This document shows positions 15,076 to 16,612 of a DNA stretch of 16,612 nt, one piece after another; position 1 is the stretch's first letter; each line of letters begins with the position of its first letter. A program made the translations under genes and the position numbers. The DNA comes from Chloroflexota bacterium (GTDB lineage: Bacteria; Chloroflexota; Dehalococcoidia; UBA2979): positions 1-16,612 of the forward strand of contig JAQCIU010000052.1 of the NCBI GenBank assembly GCA_027593235.1, given 5' to 3'. A model generated the notes under the pieces. That model was not told where the DNA came from. It made no database searches and saw only the letters and a program-made list of their open reading frames with translations.

Positions 15076-15885
15076 TTAGCCGGTGTAGACGAAGCGACCA
15101 GCCGACTGGAGCTCCAGCGCAGCATCGACGTTGCGCCGGCAGTCGCATGCCTGCTGCCAGAGCGCCCTGCGATCTCGCACGGTGATGCGACCGCGATCGA
15201 GATCGATCACACGGCGATCCCTCAGCTCAGCTACTGCCTCGCTGATGGACTGACGGCGAACGCCAAGCACCTCGGCGATCCGCGCGTGCGTCACGTCCAG
15301 CACGTTGTGGCCCTGGTGGGCACGGAGCATCAGCAGGAAGTAGGCCGTGCGCGCTCGGACCGGATGATGACCGTGACAGTCCGCGGATTGCTCACTCCAA
15401 GCGATCACGTGTGACGCGTGTGACAGCACCGCCCGCGCGAGTTCGGGCGCGCGTTCGAGGAGTGACCGGTAATAGGCAACCTCGAGTACCAGGAATCTTC
15501 CCTGAACGTCGGTCACGAGGTCGCACCCGCCAACGTTGACTTCGGGACGAGCCAACCCGATCGCGTTCACGGCGCCTTCCCGTCCACGGTAGAGATAGGC
15601 GTAGCGCGTCCCATCCTCGCGGGTCCGGACGCCCGTGAGCATGCCGCTCAGCGGGAAAAAGACGCGCTTCGGCCCGCCCTGTCGCTCCACCACGTCTCCC
15701 CGACACAGATTGAGCAACGTCGCGTGTTCGACGACCTCTTTCAGAGGCGCCCAGGGCAGTGAGGCGAGGAGCACGTTTGCTGTCGCGGCCTCAGCGGCGG
15801 CGGCCAGCTTGGCGACACGTTGCGCACCATCTGATGCTGCCCGAGGAGAGGCCTGTACCGCGTGCCAAGTCTCGGCTCGTGTCAT
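15076..15885 (-). CDS. Crp/Fnr family transcriptional regulator
   Basis: N.LLASLP, VFFPLSGM, GREGAV cNMP-fold domain. HTH THARIAEVLGVRRQSISEA, RGRITV, C-terminal ACDC. The start is uncertain (15885 or 15912). Confidence 0.88.
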   Translation of the reverse strand: MTRAETWHAVQASPRAASDGAQRVAKLAAAAEAATANVLLASLPWAPLKEVVEHATLLNLCRGDVVERQGGPKRVFFPLSGMLTGVRTREDGTRYAYLYRGREGAVNAIGLARPEVNVGGCDLVTDVQGRFLVLEVAYYRSLLERAPELARAVLSHASHVIAWSEQSADCHGHHPVRARTAYFLLMLRAHQGHNVLDVTHARIAEVLGVRRQSISEAVAELRDRRVIDLDRGRITVRDRRALWQQACDCRRNVDAALELQSAGRFVYTG

Positions 15886-16030
15886 CAGGCCGTACCTTCG
15901 AACCCAGGGCATCACGCGTTGGTCGCGCTCATCTGTCCCTGAGCGGACCGACGTTGGGTCGGATTCTAGTACCAACGCGCACGGTAGTACATCTGTAACG
16001 GCACACGCCCGCAGATGTGACGTCGACTGA

Positions 16031-16147
16031 GGGGAATCCCATCGGGAGGGCCAGGTCAAGCTGGGGTTCCGCAACGAAATGGCTGCGAACGAGGATCCTG
16101 AGGAGCGTCTCGCCCGATGGCGGAGAAACGCAGGTGTAGCCTACCGG
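16031..16147 (+). pseudogene. Remnant of an acyl-CoA carboxylase CT C-terminal segment
   Basis: After an in-frame TGA (16028-16030) the frame reads GESHREGQVKLGFRNEMAANEDPEERLARWRRNAGVAYR. This aligns without gaps to CT1 EGGVQAAYRREIENAADPDARRA (9/23 identical). Confidence 0.55.
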
Positions 16148-16612
16148 CTCAGCCAGAGTCGTCCGACGGAAGGTGCTCGGCGGCCTGCGGAGCGAGTACG
16201 AATGGGCCGCATGACGCTTCGCCACTACACGGGAGGTCGATCCCGAGATGCGGTCGGGTCGGCGTGCTGGCGATGCGGACGACGAGGCTGCCAGAACTGG
16301 CTAACGGACGCTCAGCTCCGGCACGAGGAATCCGCGCTCCTCGTCGGCGAGTCGCGCGGATGGCAGCCTTCACCGCCTCGTACAGGGGGAAGCCCACCGA
16401 GAAGCGCCACTGCTGCGCGACGACATGCGCGAGGAAGTCGTGGCTCGCACCGGCGGAGTCGCAGCGCACGAGGCGCTCCAGCCGCTCGGGCAGAATCCCT
16501 CCCTCGCTACACCCGCACGGTCGCCGCCCCATGAAACATCAGGGTTAGGGCCAAGGCGGCCTAACCCACGGGGATCAGGATGCGAAACGGCACCGATGCC
16601 ATTTCGTCGCTT

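Noticed and set aside
16079-16534. 151-aa ORF as an intact gene
   Set aside because: Only its first part resembles a protein fragment; the rest is Arg/Ser-rich and better explained by decayed sequence.
1-16612. CRISPR arrays, tRNA/rRNA, transposases, integrases or defence genes
   Set aside because: I saw no periodic repeats, RNA-gene signatures or such protein motifs by eye.

Overview
GC-rich bacterial window; the Tat-lipoprotein N-terminus 'NYW...LSRR' suggests Chloroflexota/Dehalococcoidia, which is inference only. It opens with the last codons of a probable class II ribonucleotide reductase (nrdJ). Most of the window is an acyl-CoA catabolic cluster: two paralogous stand-alone carboxyltransferase (CT, PccB/12S-like) genes, one intact biotin carboxyl carrier protein (BCCP) gene facing a truncated inverted paralogue, three family III (CaiB/BaiF) CoA-transferases (two are tandem-domain fusions whose N-terminal domain lacks the catalytic Asp), a family-5 ABC binding lipoprotein with two permeases but no ATPase, a small DUF4177-like gene and a Crp/Fnr regulator. 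No biotin carboxylase and no Na+-pump subunit is in the window, which raises the possibility of an ATP-independent biotin de-/trans-carboxylation module. The first CT appears to start at an ATC codon. The right-hand 2 kb, apart from the regulator, contains what look like eroded gene fragments, including a remnant of a third carboxylase. I saw no RNA genes, CRISPR arrays or mobile elements.
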